From assembly GCA_965247115.1 (NCBI GenBank), contig CBDFGR010000003.1, forward strand, positions 1,248,001-1,312,000: 64,000 nucleotides of DNA, in the 5' to 3' direction. Shown here piece by piece: positions 29,231 to 39,458 of this stretch (position 1 is the stretch's first letter; every line of letters starts with the position of its first letter). The DNA comes from Myxococcota bacterium (GTDB taxonomy: Bacteria; Myxococcota_A; UBA9160; SZUA-336). A model generated the notes under the pieces. It saw nothing but the letters and a program-made list of their open reading frames with translations. It ran no database searches and had not been told where the DNA came from. A program made the position numbers and the translations under genes.

Positions 29231-30297
29231 GTCTCGAAGCTCGAGTGCAACTCTCGAGGGGCGCGTTCACGCTCGACGTCGCCCTTTCGGCCGCGCCGGG
29301 CGAGACGATCGGGCTGCTCGGTCCGAACGGCTCGGGGAAATCGACCCTGGTGGAAGCGCTCGCGGGGCTTCTCACGCTCGAGTCGGGCGAGATCACCCTC
29401 GACGGTAACGCAATCGAGCGCCCAGCGGACAGGATTCGCCTGGCTCCACAAGAGCGCCCCTTCGGCGTCATGTTTCAGGGCCTCTGGTTGTTTCCGCACC
29501 TGGACGTGCTCGAGAACGTAGCCTTCGGTCCGCGCGCGCGCGGCGTGAGTCGGCGCGACGCCCGAAGCCGAGCCGAGCAACTCATGGCGCGGCTCGAGCT
29601 GTCCGCGCTTGCGGCGCGCAAGCCCTCCGAGCTATCCGGTGGCGAGGCACAGCGGGTTGCGCTCGCACGCGCGCTGGCAGTGGAGCCGCGCGTCCTGCTG
29701 CTCGACGAGCCCCTCTCCGCGCTCGACCTGGAGGCCCGCCCGCGCACGCGCAGCCTGCTGCAGCAAATGTTGCAGGAGTTTGACGGGGTGCGTCTCGTAA
29801 TCACGCACGATCCGCTCGAGGCGCTGCTCTTCGCCGACCGCCTCGTCATCCTCGAGGATGGGCGCATCGTACAGTCCGGCCCGGCGGACCTCGTACGCCG
29901 ACGTCCGCTCACTCCGTACGTTGCCGGCCTGAGCGGAGTGACGCTGCTCCGGGGTCGGCTGCGCCGCGTGAATGGCACTCCGGAGCTCGATGTCGATGGC
30001 CTTCGGCTCTGCGTTCCGCACCTGGACGTCGCTGCGGCCAGCGCAGTCCTGGCCACCGTACCGCCCGAGGCGGTTCGGCTCACGACGGCCAAGCCGGGGT
30101 CGGACGGAGGCGTGCTGCTCGCCGGGGAGATCGAGGGCATCGAGCTCGCCTCCCATCGCAGTCTCGTACGTCTGCAGACGCGACCACGGCTGTGCGCGGC
30201 GGTGCCGACCGAGTCCGTCTCCCGACAGGGTTTGAGACCGGGACTCCGGGTCTGGGCCAGCATCGACACGAGCGCCATCGACGTCTATTCCAGCTGA
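29227..30297 (+). CDS. modC: Molybdate ABC transporter ATPase
   Basis: 'GPNGSGKST', 'LSGGEAQRVALARAL', 'LLLDEP'; C-terminal TOBE-like region. Confidence 0.9.
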   Translation: MSLEARVQLSRGAFTLDVALSAAPGETIGLLGPNGSGKSTLVEALAGLLTLESGEITLDGNAIERPADRIRLAPQERPFGVMFQGLWLFPHLDVLENVAFGPRARGVSRRDARSRAEQLMARLELSALAARKPSELSGGEAQRVALARALAVEPRVLLLDEPLSALDLEARPRTRSLLQQMLQEFDGVRLVITHDPLEALLFADRLVILEDGRIVQSGPADLVRRRPLTPYVAGLSGVTLLRGRLRRVNGTPELDVDGLRLCVPHLDVAAASAVLATVPPEAVRLTTAKPGSDGGVLLAGEIEGIELASHRSLVRLQTRPRLCAAVPTESVSRQGLRPGLRVWASIDTSAIDVYSS

Positions 30298-30447
30298 CAG
30301 AATTGTTGCGTTAGCCCCCCGATCGACCTGTGTAGTTCTGGAAACGTTTGACAACTCTGTGGGGCTTCGGGTGGAATACCCGCGAGTGTGCAGGGCTGCT
30401 CGCTCGACGTCACGTCTCATCATCCGAGGGCGGAGGGAATTGACCGA

Positions 30448-31146
30448 ATGGAGCTTTTTACTCAAGACGGCTGGCTGTTCTTGCTCAGGTGGGTCCACTT
30501 CCTAGCGGGCATCACCTGGATCGGCGTTCTCTACTACTTCAACTTCATCCAGACTCCGTTCTTCGGCACCGACCTCGGGGGACAAGCGCGCGGGGCGATG
30601 ATGCGGGGCCTCGTGCCGAACGCACTCTGGTGGTTCCGCTGGGGGGCGATGTTCACGTTCGTGACCGGCTGGCTGATCGTGATCACCCATATGGTTACGG
30701 GCACCGCGGGCATGGCCTACTACACGCTGATCCTGACGGGCGGTCTGATGGGCACGCTCATGTGGTACAACGTCTGGTTCGTGATCTGGCCCATTCAGCG
30801 CGGCCTGATCGCGAACGCCGAGGCGACGGCGTCCGGTGGCGAGGCAGACGCGGCGCTTGCCGCGAGGGCTCCGATTGCCGCGCGCGCATCGCGCACCAAC
30901 ACCCTCTTCTCGATCCCCATGCTCTTCTTCATGGGATCCGCGCGGCATCTCGCGCTGGTCAGTCACGAGAGCCCGGCCTACGGGACCTACTGGATCGTGG
31001 CTCTCGTGCTGATCCTGCTCGTCGAGCTCAACGCCTTCGCGGGCACCGCGGCCACCCAGAAGCCACTCGGCAGCGTGTCGGGCACACTCTACTCGGGGTT
31101 CGGGCTCACGTTGGTCCTCTTCCTGGTGGGGTCGCGGCTGCTGTAA
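30448..31146 (+). CDS. Urate hydroxylase PuuD-like membrane protein (Urate_ox_N type, no cytochrome c domain)
   Basis: 'LLRWVHFLAGITWIGVLYYFNF', 'LWWFRWGAMFT', 'NVWFVIWPIQR', 'SRTNTLFSIPMLFFM'. Confidence 0.7.
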   Translation: MELFTQDGWLFLLRWVHFLAGITWIGVLYYFNFIQTPFFGTDLGGQARGAMMRGLVPNALWWFRWGAMFTFVTGWLIVITHMVTGTAGMAYYTLILTGGLMGTLMWYNVWFVIWPIQRGLIANAEATASGGEADAALAARAPIAARASRTNTLFSIPMLFFMGSARHLALVSHESPAYGTYWIVALVLILLVELNAFAGTAATQKPLGSVSGTLYSGFGLTLVLFLVGSRLL

Positions 31147-31188
31147 AACCGTTGCCCGAGCGACGGCCGCGCGCAAGAAACGACAAGC

Positions 31189-31506
31189 TCAGGGCAGGGC
31201 GAGGTAAGCCGCGAGCGACTCGATCTGCGGCCTGAGGAAGGGCTGCGCCGGCATCAGGCCCGTATCCCGCTTGGGCTCGTAGCCCGGCGGGTACTCGGCC
31301 CGCATGATCCGAGCCTCGATCAGCTCCTGTGAGCTGCCTGCGATCGCGGGACCCAACACTCCCTCTCGCTTCGGATCGGAGTGGTGACAGGCGATGCAGT
31401 TCGCCATGTAGGCCCTGCGGCCTCTCTCGGTGAGATCCAGCGTTCCCTGATCCTGGCAGGCGAGAACGGTGAACGTGACCGCGATCGGGATCCATGCTCG
31501 ACTCAC
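31189..31506 (-). CDS. Small monoheme c-type cytochrome (putative lipoprotein)
   Basis: 'VLAC' lipobox-like motif, 'CIACH', distal 'LMP'. Confidence 0.85.
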   Translation of the reverse strand: MSRAWIPIAVTFTVLACQDQGTLDLTERGRRAYMANCIACHHSDPKREGVLGPAIAGSSQELIEARIMRAEYPPGYEPKRDTGLMPAQPFLRPQIESLAAYLALP

Positions 31507-31574
31507 GCGCCGGCTCGCTCGCCCGAGCGCGCGAGACTAGCATCGGGGAAGACGCGTGTTTGCGAGGAGGAGAG

Positions 31575-31982
31575 ATGGAGAACCCGCTCGAAGAGGGAAC
31601 CCGGTTGCAGCTCGACTTCGACAAGCTCACCGCTGTTGCGGGCGCGAGCCGGCCCGTCGTCCCCGTCGTGCTGCAGAATGCCGACAGCGACGAGGTGCTC
31701 TTCGTCGCCTACGCGGACGCGGAGGCGCTGCGGGAGACCCTGCGCAGCCGGACGGCCGTGCTCTGGTCGACGTCTCGCGACGAGCTCTGGCACAAGGGGT
31801 CGTCCTCCGATGACGTCCTCGATCTGGTCGAGGTGCGCGTGAACTGCGAGCAAAACTCCCTCCTGTACCGTGTGCGGTTGCGCGGCGGTGCCTGCCATAC
31901 CCGGGACGAGACCGGCGCGACGCGGCGCTCCTGCTACTACCGCACCCTCGTCTCGGACGAGCAGCTGGACTTCCCGTCCTGA
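31575..31982 (+). CDS. hisI: Phosphoribosyl-AMP cyclohydrolase
   Basis: 'LWSTSRDELWHKGSSS', 'VNCEQNSLLYRV', 'ACHT...SCYYR'; GGAGG RBS. Confidence 0.88.
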   Translation: MENPLEEGTRLQLDFDKLTAVAGASRPVVPVVLQNADSDEVLFVAYADAEALRETLRSRTAVLWSTSRDELWHKGSSSDDVLDLVEVRVNCEQNSLLYRVRLRGGACHTRDETGATRRSCYYRTLVSDEQLDFPS

Positions 31983-31985
31983 CTG

Positions 31986-34900
31986 TTATTCCTTGAGCCA
32001 GCCGATCAGGGCAGGTCGGAGCTCCTTTGGCTCGATGATCGATTCCAGCGAGCCCACCTCCCTGGCGCGCTCGACCGTGTGCGTGGCATCGAACTCTGCC
32101 GCGACCTCGGCCTGCTTCTCGAGGGTCACCTCTTCGAGCAGGCGGTCGAGCTGGGCTCTGCGCGCGACGCGTGTCGGCACATCCGCGGCCGCGTCAACTC
32201 GCGCGCGGGCCTCGCGCACACGGGGGTCGGCGACGGCCCGCCGTCTCACATCGCGTCCGAACACGACCGCTGCTGCGGCGGCACCCCCGATGACCGAGGC
32301 GTAGGAGCCCGAGAGCGCGACCGCGTGCATGCCGTCGTTGAGCTCGCGCGAGAACACGACATAGGCCCCGCCGTGGTAGCGCGAGACCACCGTGAAGACC
32401 AGCTTCCCCTGGAAGCGAACGACGGCGCGCGCGATCTCTGCGCCGAACTCCAGGATCCCCCGGCGCATCGACTCCGGCGAGCCATCGAAACCAGAGAGGT
32501 TCGCCAGGATCACGACGGGCCGATTGCCGCTCGCCGCGTTGAGCGCGCGCGCGACCTTCTTGGACGAGTACGGGAACAGGGTGCCCGCCGTCCAGCTGTC
32601 CGGACCGTCGTTCGGTGTGTAGCCCAGACGGGGCAGAGGTCGGCTCTCGATCCCGATCAACGAGATCGGGAAGCCGCCGAGATGCGCATCCCACACGATC
32701 GCCGTCTCCGCCCCCTGCCAGATGGGCCAGCGCTCGAGGAAGCCGCAGTCCTGGTCGATCACCGAGCGCATGAGCGGACGCATCGCGAACGGCCGCTTGC
32801 GCTCGGGGTTCGCCTCGCGCGAGAAGATGTCCCCCACCCTCTGAAAGTCCTCCTCTCCCTCGTACGGGGAGAGGGTCACGTCCCGGCCATCGGGGTCACC
32901 CGTCTGGTAGCGGCGCGGGCCGGGTTCGCCGCGGCTCCGATAGCTGCAGGCGTAGTGCTCGAGCAGGATTTCGTAGGCATCCGGCAGCGTCCGAGCCTGA
33001 TGGTGGGCGTGACCGTTCGGTCCCATGATCCGCTCGTAGCCGCCGATACCCACCTCGTCCTCCGCTGCGACTCCTCCCGAGAACTCGAGCGCCGCACGGC
33101 CCGTGAGGACCATGTAGGCGCGTGGCAGCATGATCAGGATCCCACGGCTCTGCAGGCCCATGGTGGCCAGCGCGTCGAAGTAGCTCTGCGCGCCGACGTT
33201 GACACCCGGCAGGACCAGGTTCACCTCCCCATCCGCATCAGTGAAGGTCACCAGGCGCCGTACCACGCGCGCCGTCGCATCCAGGTTCTCGGTGCCGCTC
33301 TCCATCGCAATCCGCGCCCCCGAGGAGACGCCGACCCACTCGACCGGGAGTTCCTCGCGTTCGGCGAGATCGATGGCAGCGACGATCGCGCCGCATTCGG
33401 GCTCGCCGAGCGCGCCCATCCCGCGCGTCGGATCGCCGATCAAGAGCACGCGTCGCATGCCTTCGGGGTGCTTCACGGTCGGCGTCGTGATGATCCCGAA
33501 GACGACGCCACAGTCGTTGTCGCCCGGATCACGAACCACACGGGCGACCTTGCCCTCGTACAGGGCGTACTCCTCGAACACTCCAGGTCCGGTGGGGGTT
33601 CCGAGCCCGCCCCGCCTGCCCTCGTCGGGCTCCGCCGTGAAGAGCCGGGCGACCTCGTAGGGGTAGAAGAGCCCCCGGGCGCGCGCAGCGGCCATGCGGC
33701 GTTCGGCGGGTGTGGCCGGCTGGAGCGACCTCGTGTGTGGCTCTCGAATGCTCCACTCCACGCGCGTGCCCACGGGCGTTCCGGCCAGCACCTCGATCTT
33801 TCTCGGGACCGAGTCGATGTCGGTCTTCTCGACGCTGGCCAGGCGCACGACCACCCACTCCAGGCCGAGGTGCGCGGTCTCCGGTGCCAGCCTGCGCAGC
33901 AGGTCCTGGAGGAGCTCATCCGCGAGCACCAGCGGGGGGCGGACGAAGAGGTACAGCCGGTTCCAGCGCAGCCGGTGCTCGGGGTCGCGCTGTCCGCGCA
34001 ACGAGCGCATCGCCTCGATCGCCTCGTGGAAACGCTGCTGGAACTTCGCGCGATCGGGCGCGTTCGGCAACGCGAAACCGATGTCGGTCACCTCCGCAAA
34101 GCAAAACAGCCGGGCGTCGCCCGGGTCGTCGCGGGAGCGGGCGTAGAAGCCGTGGATACCCTCGAAGCGCTCGATCTCGATGGGCTCGAGCTCGAAACGG
34201 TCGAGACGCCAGAGCTCGATGCGGCGTGCCAGATCCACGGGCAGGCCGAGCTCGCGCGCACGCCGTTCGAGGGCATCGGGATCGGGCGGTGGCACGAGGG
34301 TATGCGCCAGGTCGACGGCGGGCGCGATGGAGGCCTCGCCCGCGGCCTTCCCACTCGCGCGATCGAAGAGCGCGTAGTGCGCCTGCGCCGCCAGGTCCGC
34401 GACCGTCTCCGACACCGCCCCCCGCAGCAGGGTGAGCCGGTCCAGGGCCCCTGCCAGCTCTGGGTGCCTCGAGAAGGTCTCGCCCTGCTCCCCCAGACGG
34501 ATCAGAGTATGGAGCAACGCCTCGATCAGGCGCGCGCGCAGCCCCAGAGTTGTGCGCGTGGCATAGAGACGCAGGGCTGCGCGCTCGAGCGAGTCGCTCG
34601 GCTCCAGGGAGTCGACGTCGTAGTGAGCGAGCGCCCGACGCAGCAGCTCCAGAAAACCCGGGTCGATCCCCGCGCCGGCCGCACTCATCCGGCGCAGATA
34701 CCTGGCCATCCGTGCGTCGTTCGACGGCCCCAGCTCGTCAACCGCGACGCGCGTCGGTGCCGTGTCGAAGAGCGTCTCGATGTCGCTGAAGAGCGCCACC
34801 GCACCAGCGAGCTGGGCGAGCTGTGCCTGGAATGCCTCGGAGACGCCGGCCACGGGCGATTCGAGAATCTCCACCAGGCGTTCCGCGCGGTCCGGATTCA

Positions 34901-37064
34901 CGTCGTAGCCCATCAGCACACGTCGTGTCTCTGAGCGCAGCGCCGCAATCCCGGCGGCTCGCTGCGATGCGGGCAGCTTGGTCGCCCCCTCGGGTGACAC
35001 CTGCCCGTCACTGGCGAAGAAGATCTCCAGGGGGTCCTCCTCCGGCGCCAGCCCGAGCGGAGCTGTCGGTGGGTCGGCGGAATCCTGATCGAAGCTGGGT
35101 TCGATCACGAGGATCACGTCACCGGCCGAGACGCGTTCTCCAGCCCTTACAAGGACCTCGCGCACCAGACCCGCTACGGGTGCAAAGAAGGCCGTCTCGG
35201 TCTTCATCGCTTCCAGCAAGCCGAGACGCTGTCCCGCCGCAACACCCTCTCCCGCCCGAACCGCAAGCTCGATCACGAGGGCGGGCGCCGGCGCGCGCAC
35301 CTTCCCTCCAATGTCTCTCTGTACGCGGTGATGCTGGCCATCGAGCTCGATCCGGAGCTCGACCTCGGATTCGCCGATGAGCACCTGGTGGCTGCGCTCG
35401 CCCACGTGGAGGGTGCGCGTGTGCGGTCCGTGCTCGAGCAGCCCCACCTGCGCCACGCTGTCGCCCAGGTGGACGCGGTACGACCAGTTTCCGATGGCGT
35501 AGACGGTAAGCCGGTAGGCGACGCCCACGAAGACGAGGTCGATCTCCGCCCCCATCGAGGGGGGGATCCGCTGAGGACGTCCTCCTTCCGCATAGAAGTT
35601 TGCACGCACGGCCGCGCGCTCACGCTGATACACGTGGATGGCAGCGACCAGAAGCACCTCGATGCACGGATCCGGCGACGCGGCAAGCTCCGCCTCGGCG
35701 AGCCAGCCCGTATCGACGGAGCCACTCCGGAAGCGCGGGTGGTTCAGCACGTCCAGGAGAAAGCCCTTGTTCGTCATCCCGCCGTCGACCACGACACGGA
35801 CGTCGGAGACGGCCCGCTCGAGTCGGGCACGAGCCTCCTCGCGGGATGCCCCGTGCGCCATGACCTTCGCAATCATGGAGTCGAACTCCGCGGGGATGAT
35901 GTCTCCGGCGGCGATGCCTGCGTCGACCCGAATCCCGGGACCCGCGGGCAGCTCGAGCTGCGTGACGAGGCCCGGGCTGGGAGCGAAGTCCGCGGATGGA
36001 TCCTCCGCGCAGAGCCGGACCTCCATCGAGCAACCTCGGGGCTGCGGCGCGACGTCTGGCAGCCGCTCGCCTCGTGCGATGCGAATCTGCCATTTGACGA
36101 GGTCGAAGCCGCAGAGAAGCTCCGTGATGCCGTGCTCGACCTGGAGCCGCGGGTTCACCTCGAGGAAATAGAACGACCCATCGCCGGCAACGAGGAACTC
36201 GCAGGTCGCGACTCCCACATACTCGGCCGCCTGCAGCATGCGGATCGACGCCTCGCGCATCGCGCGCGCGAGCTCATCCGGGATCCCCGGGGGCGGTGCC
36301 TCCTCGATCACCTTCTGGTGCCGTCGCTGCACGGAGCAGTCGCGCAGCCCCAGGGCGAGCACGCCGCCGTGCTCATCTGCAGCGAGCTGCACTTCGATGT
36401 GACGCGCTGCGCCAATCTGAGACTCGAGGAACAGCGTGCCGTCTCCGAACGCGTGAGCAGCTTCTGCTCCAGAGCTGTCGAAGGCGGACTCGAGCTCGGA
36501 GGCATCGCGTACGAGGCGGATACCACGCCCTCCGCCCCCCGCCGACGCCTTTAGCATCAGCGGGAAGCCGATGCGCTCGGCATGCCGCAGCACGTCAGAG
36601 CGTTCGACCGGACCGCCGCTCCACGGGATGACCGGAACGTCGACCTCCGCGGCGAGCTGCTTGGAGCGAATCTTGTCACCGAGCAGGCGCATCGTCTCAG
36701 AGCGCGGTCCGAGAAAGATCAGCTCCGAGGCCTCGAGCTTCTCGACGAAGGAGGGATCCTCGGCGAGAAATCCCCAGCCCGGCCAGACGCTGTCCGCGCG
36801 CATCGCGCGCAGCGCGGCCAGAACCCGATCGCGGTCGAGATAGGCGGGTCTCTCCGCCGCGCCTCCGACGCGTCGCAGCGCCGGGCCCAGGGAGATCGTC
36901 TCATCCGCCTCGCGGACAAAGGGCGCGAAGCGATCTGGGTCTGTGTAGAGAGCGATCCCGACGAGATCGCTCTTCTCCTCGCTGCGCAGCTCGCGGATCG
37001 CGCGCAGGAAGCGCGTAGCGGCTTCGCCTCGGTTCAGGATGGCGACCCTCTGAACCTTTGCCAT
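31986..37064 (-). CDS. Single-chain multidomain acyl-CoA carboxylase (BC-BCCP-central-CT)
   Basis: BC 'NRGEAA', 'WPGWGFLAE', 'KASAGGGGRGIR', 'RDCSVQRRHQK', 'EVNPRLQVEH'; biotinyl 'EAMKTE'; CT 'SSGARI', 'LANLSGFDG', 'GGAYVV'. Confidence 0.93.
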   Translation of the reverse strand: MAKVQRVAILNRGEAATRFLRAIRELRSEEKSDLVGIALYTDPDRFAPFVREADETISLGPALRRVGGAAERPAYLDRDRVLAALRAMRADSVWPGWGFLAEDPSFVEKLEASELIFLGPRSETMRLLGDKIRSKQLAAEVDVPVIPWSGGPVERSDVLRHAERIGFPLMLKASAGGGGRGIRLVRDASELESAFDSSGAEAAHAFGDGTLFLESQIGAARHIEVQLAADEHGGVLALGLRDCSVQRRHQKVIEEAPPPGIPDELARAMREASIRMLQAAEYVGVATCEFLVAGDGSFYFLEVNPRLQVEHGITELLCGFDLVKWQIRIARGERLPDVAPQPRGCSMEVRLCAEDPSADFAPSPGLVTQLELPAGPGIRVDAGIAAGDIIPAEFDSMIAKVMAHGASREEARARLERAVSDVRVVVDGGMTNKGFLLDVLNHPRFRSGSVDTGWLAEAELAASPDPCIEVLLVAAIHVYQRERAAVRANFYAEGGRPQRIPPSMGAEIDLVFVGVAYRLTVYAIGNWSYRVHLGDSVAQVGLLEHGPHTRTLHVGERSHQVLIGESEVELRIELDGQHHRVQRDIGGKVRAPAPALVIELAVRAGEGVAAGQRLGLLEAMKTETAFFAPVAGLVREVLVRAGERVSAGDVILVIEPSFDQDSADPPTAPLGLAPEEDPLEIFFASDGQVSPEGATKLPASQRAAGIAALRSETRRVLMGYDVNPDRAERLVEILESPVAGVSEAFQAQLAQLAGAVALFSDIETLFDTAPTRVAVDELGPSNDARMARYLRRMSAAGAGIDPGFLELLRRALAHYDVDSLEPSDSLERAALRLYATRTTLGLRARLIEALLHTLIRLGEQGETFSRHPELAGALDRLTLLRGAVSETVADLAAQAHYALFDRASGKAAGEASIAPAVDLAHTLVPPPDPDALERRARELGLPVDLARRIELWRLDRFELEPIEIERFEGIHGFYARSRDDPGDARLFCFAEVTDIGFALPNAPDRAKFQQRFHEAIEAMRSLRGQRDPEHRLRWNRLYLFVRPPLVLADELLQDLLRRLAPETAHLGLEWVVVRLASVEKTDIDSVPRKIEVLAGTPVGTRVEWSIREPHTRSLQPATPAERRMAAARARGLFYPYEVARLFTAEPDEGRRGGLGTPTGPGVFEEYALYEGKVARVVRDPGDNDCGVVFGIITTPTVKHPEGMRRVLLIGDPTRGMGALGEPECGAIVAAIDLAEREELPVEWVGVSSGARIAMESGTENLDATARVVRRLVTFTDADGEVNLVLPGVNVGAQSYFDALATMGLQSRGILIMLPRAYMVLTGRAALEFSGGVAAEDEVGIGGYERIMGPNGHAHHQARTLPDAYEILLEHYACSYRSRGEPGPRRYQTGDPDGRDVTLSPYEGEEDFQRVGDIFSREANPERKRPFAMRPLMRSVIDQDCGFLERWPIWQGAETAIVWDAHLGGFPISLIGIESRPLPRLGYTPNDGPDSWTAGTLFPYSSKKVARALNAASGNRPVVILANLSGFDGSPESMRRGILEFGAEIARAVVRFQGKLVFTVVSRYHGGAYVVFSRELNDGMHAVALSGSYASVIGGAAAAAVVFGRDVRRRAVADPRVREARARVDAAADVPTRVARRAQLDRLLEEVTLEKQAEVAAEFDATHTVERAREVGSLESIIEPKELRPALIGWLKE

Positions 37065-37129
37065 CTCCGAGATGTTAGCCCAGTTCTCGCGGCAAGATCG
37101 CATGAACCACGAGACGGCGAGACCCGGGA

Positions 37130-38422
37130 CTAGCTCTTTGCAGGAAGGGCGCCAGGAAAGACACGAGCGAACGCGAAGAAACAGAGGAAGAAGAGTCCGG
37201 GAAAGCCCAATCCGATCCCGAGCTCAATCGTCGAGAATGGTGTGACCGGCGCGCCGGCGAGTACGTCGGCCGGCGAAACCAGCGAGGGCGTCACCAGGAT
37301 GTAGCGCTCCAGCCAGAAGCCGATCACGGAGCCCGCCGCGACGCTACCCAGGATCGCAGGGGTCTTCTTCGGGAGCGCACCCAGCAGCACCCAGAACGGA
37401 ATCACCCAGAGCAGGAGCCACGTGGACAGGGTGATCCTCGCGTAGGGCTCTGCGACGCGCTCCCAGAATCCGGTCAGGTACCAGGTGTCCTGGACGAACT
37501 GCGACCCGAGTCGGTCGACGATGAAACCGGTCTCTTCCGGGATGTTCGCGTACCAGATTACGAAGTACTGCGACCAGAACAGGTACATCCAGAAGATCGA
37601 GAACGCAAAGATCATTTTGCCGAGGTCGTGGCGCCGGCTCACGGTGATCTCTCCGCTGAGCTCCTGGGAGTTGCGCATGACGAGACAGATGATCGTGAGC
37701 AGAGAGATCGCGGACAGGAAGCCGCCCCAGGAGAAGTAGGCGGGGAACATGGTGCTGACCCATTCCGGTGACAGCGACATGATCATGTCCATTGCGAGCA
37801 GCGAGTAGCAGATCGCGTACGAGACGATCAGCACCACCGCCATCTTGCGCAGGCGCCGCTCTGCGAGCTCGCGTTCGCGCGACTCGCCGCGCCAGCCGCT
37901 GGTCCATCTTGCATACAGTCCGGCGAAACGCCCAGACCCGTTCTCCCGAGCCTCTCCCAGCATCGGACGTACCGACAGGTACAAGTAGAATAGAGACACG
38001 AACGTGATCCAGAGCAGGGCGAAGAGGTCGCGTCCAAAGGTGAAGCCCTCCCGGTACCACCATTCCTTGCCGTGAACTTCGTGGTCCACCCACTCGAAGA
38101 GCTCGTGACGCCCGAGGAAGACGACGAAGAAGAGCACCAGGGTGACCGGGATGTAGGCGCCCATCGAATCGGCGACGCGGTGAATCGGACCCTGCCAGCG
38201 TGCGTTCGTGAGGCGCATGGCACAGGAGAGCACCAGTGCGCCCTGTGCGAGGGCTCCCCACAGCAGCCAGTTGTGAAGGAAGACGCGGTAGGTGCGCTCG
38301 CTCGTGGCCTCACTGCCCGCGATGCCGGCAACGAACGTGATCACGCCGAGCGCGGCGAGGGCCCCGAAGATGGTCAGGGTCCTCGTCGAAAGGGATCTCG
38401 GACTCGCTACGTCGGCGCTCAC
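37130..38422 (-). CDS. actF: Alternative complex III subunit ActF
   Basis: Polytopic; 'MSLSPEWVSTMFP', 'HDLGKMIFAFSIFWMYLFWSQYFVIWYANIPEE'. Confidence 0.9.
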   Translation of the reverse strand: MSADVASPRSLSTRTLTIFGALAALGVITFVAGIAGSEATSERTYRVFLHNWLLWGALAQGALVLSCAMRLTNARWQGPIHRVADSMGAYIPVTLVLFFVVFLGRHELFEWVDHEVHGKEWWYREGFTFGRDLFALLWITFVSLFYLYLSVRPMLGEARENGSGRFAGLYARWTSGWRGESRERELAERRLRKMAVVLIVSYAICYSLLAMDMIMSLSPEWVSTMFPAYFSWGGFLSAISLLTIICLVMRNSQELSGEITVSRRHDLGKMIFAFSIFWMYLFWSQYFVIWYANIPEETGFIVDRLGSQFVQDTWYLTGFWERVAEPYARITLSTWLLLWVIPFWVLLGALPKKTPAILGSVAAGSVIGFWLERYILVTPSLVSPADVLAGAPVTPFSTIELGIGLGFPGLFFLCFFAFARVFPGALPAKS

Positions 38423-38425
38423 AGC

Positions 38426-38968
38426 TCAGCCTCCAAAAAGGGTCCGGAGGTAGTTGACGGTATGCCAGCGATCCTCCGACGAGATCTGGGGGTACCCCGG
38501 CATGAGCGGCTTTCCGTACAGGATCTTCGTGAAGATCTGACCGTCTGTGTAGGCGACGGTAGTGGACAGCGGAAACGGTGGAGCCCCCGACTCGGCGAGG
38601 CGTCGCGCCAGCGGGCTGCTCGCGGGGCTCGCCATGCCGTCCGCAGCGTGACAGACCGCGCAGAACGTCGTGTATAGCTCTCTTCCGCGCGCGATCGACT
38701 CATCGGTCGCGGGAATCGGGTTCACGAGCGCGCGGGCCTCCACCGCGTGCATCGGATTCACGAAGAGCGGATTGTCCTCCTCGATCCGGATCGTGTAGCC
38801 GCCAACGGGGACCGTGCCCTCGGGCGGAGCGAAGGGCTCGGCCTCGAGGGCCTGAATGGCCGGCTGCTCCTTCATCTGCGCGAACCAGCCCTTCGAGACC
38901 TGCTCCCAGCAGCCAGTGCCGAGCAAGGCGACAGCGGCGAGCGCGAAAACGCTCCTAACTCTCGACAA
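38426..38968 (-). CDS. actE: Alternative complex III subunit ActE, monoheme cytochrome c lipoprotein
   Basis: Lipobox 'LGTGC', 'PPEGTVP', 'CAVCH', 'LMPGY...EDRW'; TTG start 38968 with GGAGG. Confidence 0.85.
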   Translation of the reverse strand: MSRVRSVFALAAVALLGTGCWEQVSKGWFAQMKEQPAIQALEAEPFAPPEGTVPVGGYTIRIEEDNPLFVNPMHAVEARALVNPIPATDESIARGRELYTTFCAVCHAADGMASPASSPLARRLAESGAPPFPLSTTVAYTDGQIFTKILYGKPLMPGYPQISSEDRWHTVNYLRTLFGG

Positions 38969-39458
38969 CGCGCACCTCCGCGCACCCGGCACTCCCGAGC
39001 AGCTCCTGCACGCGGGAGATCTGGTCGGGGTGACAGCCGACCACACAGCCGAACTCGTCGCCGCTGAAGCTGGGGCGGTAGGCATCGTGTCCCTTCCGCG
39101 CCATGTAGAGCCCGTGAATCAGGAGCCCGACGACCGTGAGGATGCCCCCAAAAAGGATGTTCAGCTCGAAGCCGATGATCGTATAAGCAGGGATCGAGGC
39201 GAACGGCTTGCCTCCGATGACGAGGGGCCAGTTGTACGCCATCCAGATCTGCATGATGTACGCGAGCGTGACCCCCGTGAGGCAACCGATCAGCGTGTAG
39301 AGACGTACCCGACTCGGTGCACGACCGATCGCCTCTTCGATCTCGTGGCTCGGACAGGGCGAGTAGACCTCGAGATCATCGAAGCCCGCCTGCTTGAGCG
39401 TCCGCACCGCGCCTACAGTCGCCTCCGGAGAGCTCAGCACTCCCAACACGCTCGCCAT
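38955..39458 (-). CDS. actD: Alternative complex III subunit ActD (DUF3341)
   Basis: 'LEVYSPCP', 'NWPLVIGGKPF', 'FELNILFG'; real start ATG 39458 (C-terminal part of ORF 38955..40598). Confidence 0.88.
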   Translation of the reverse strand: MASVLGVLSSPEATVGAVRTLKQAGFDDLEVYSPCPSHEIEEAIGRAPSRVRLYTLIGCLTGVTLAYIMQIWMAYNWPLVIGGKPFASIPAYTIIGFELNILFGGILTVVGLLIHGLYMARKGHDAYRPSFSGDEFGCVVGCHPDQISRVQELLGSAGCAEVRVVES

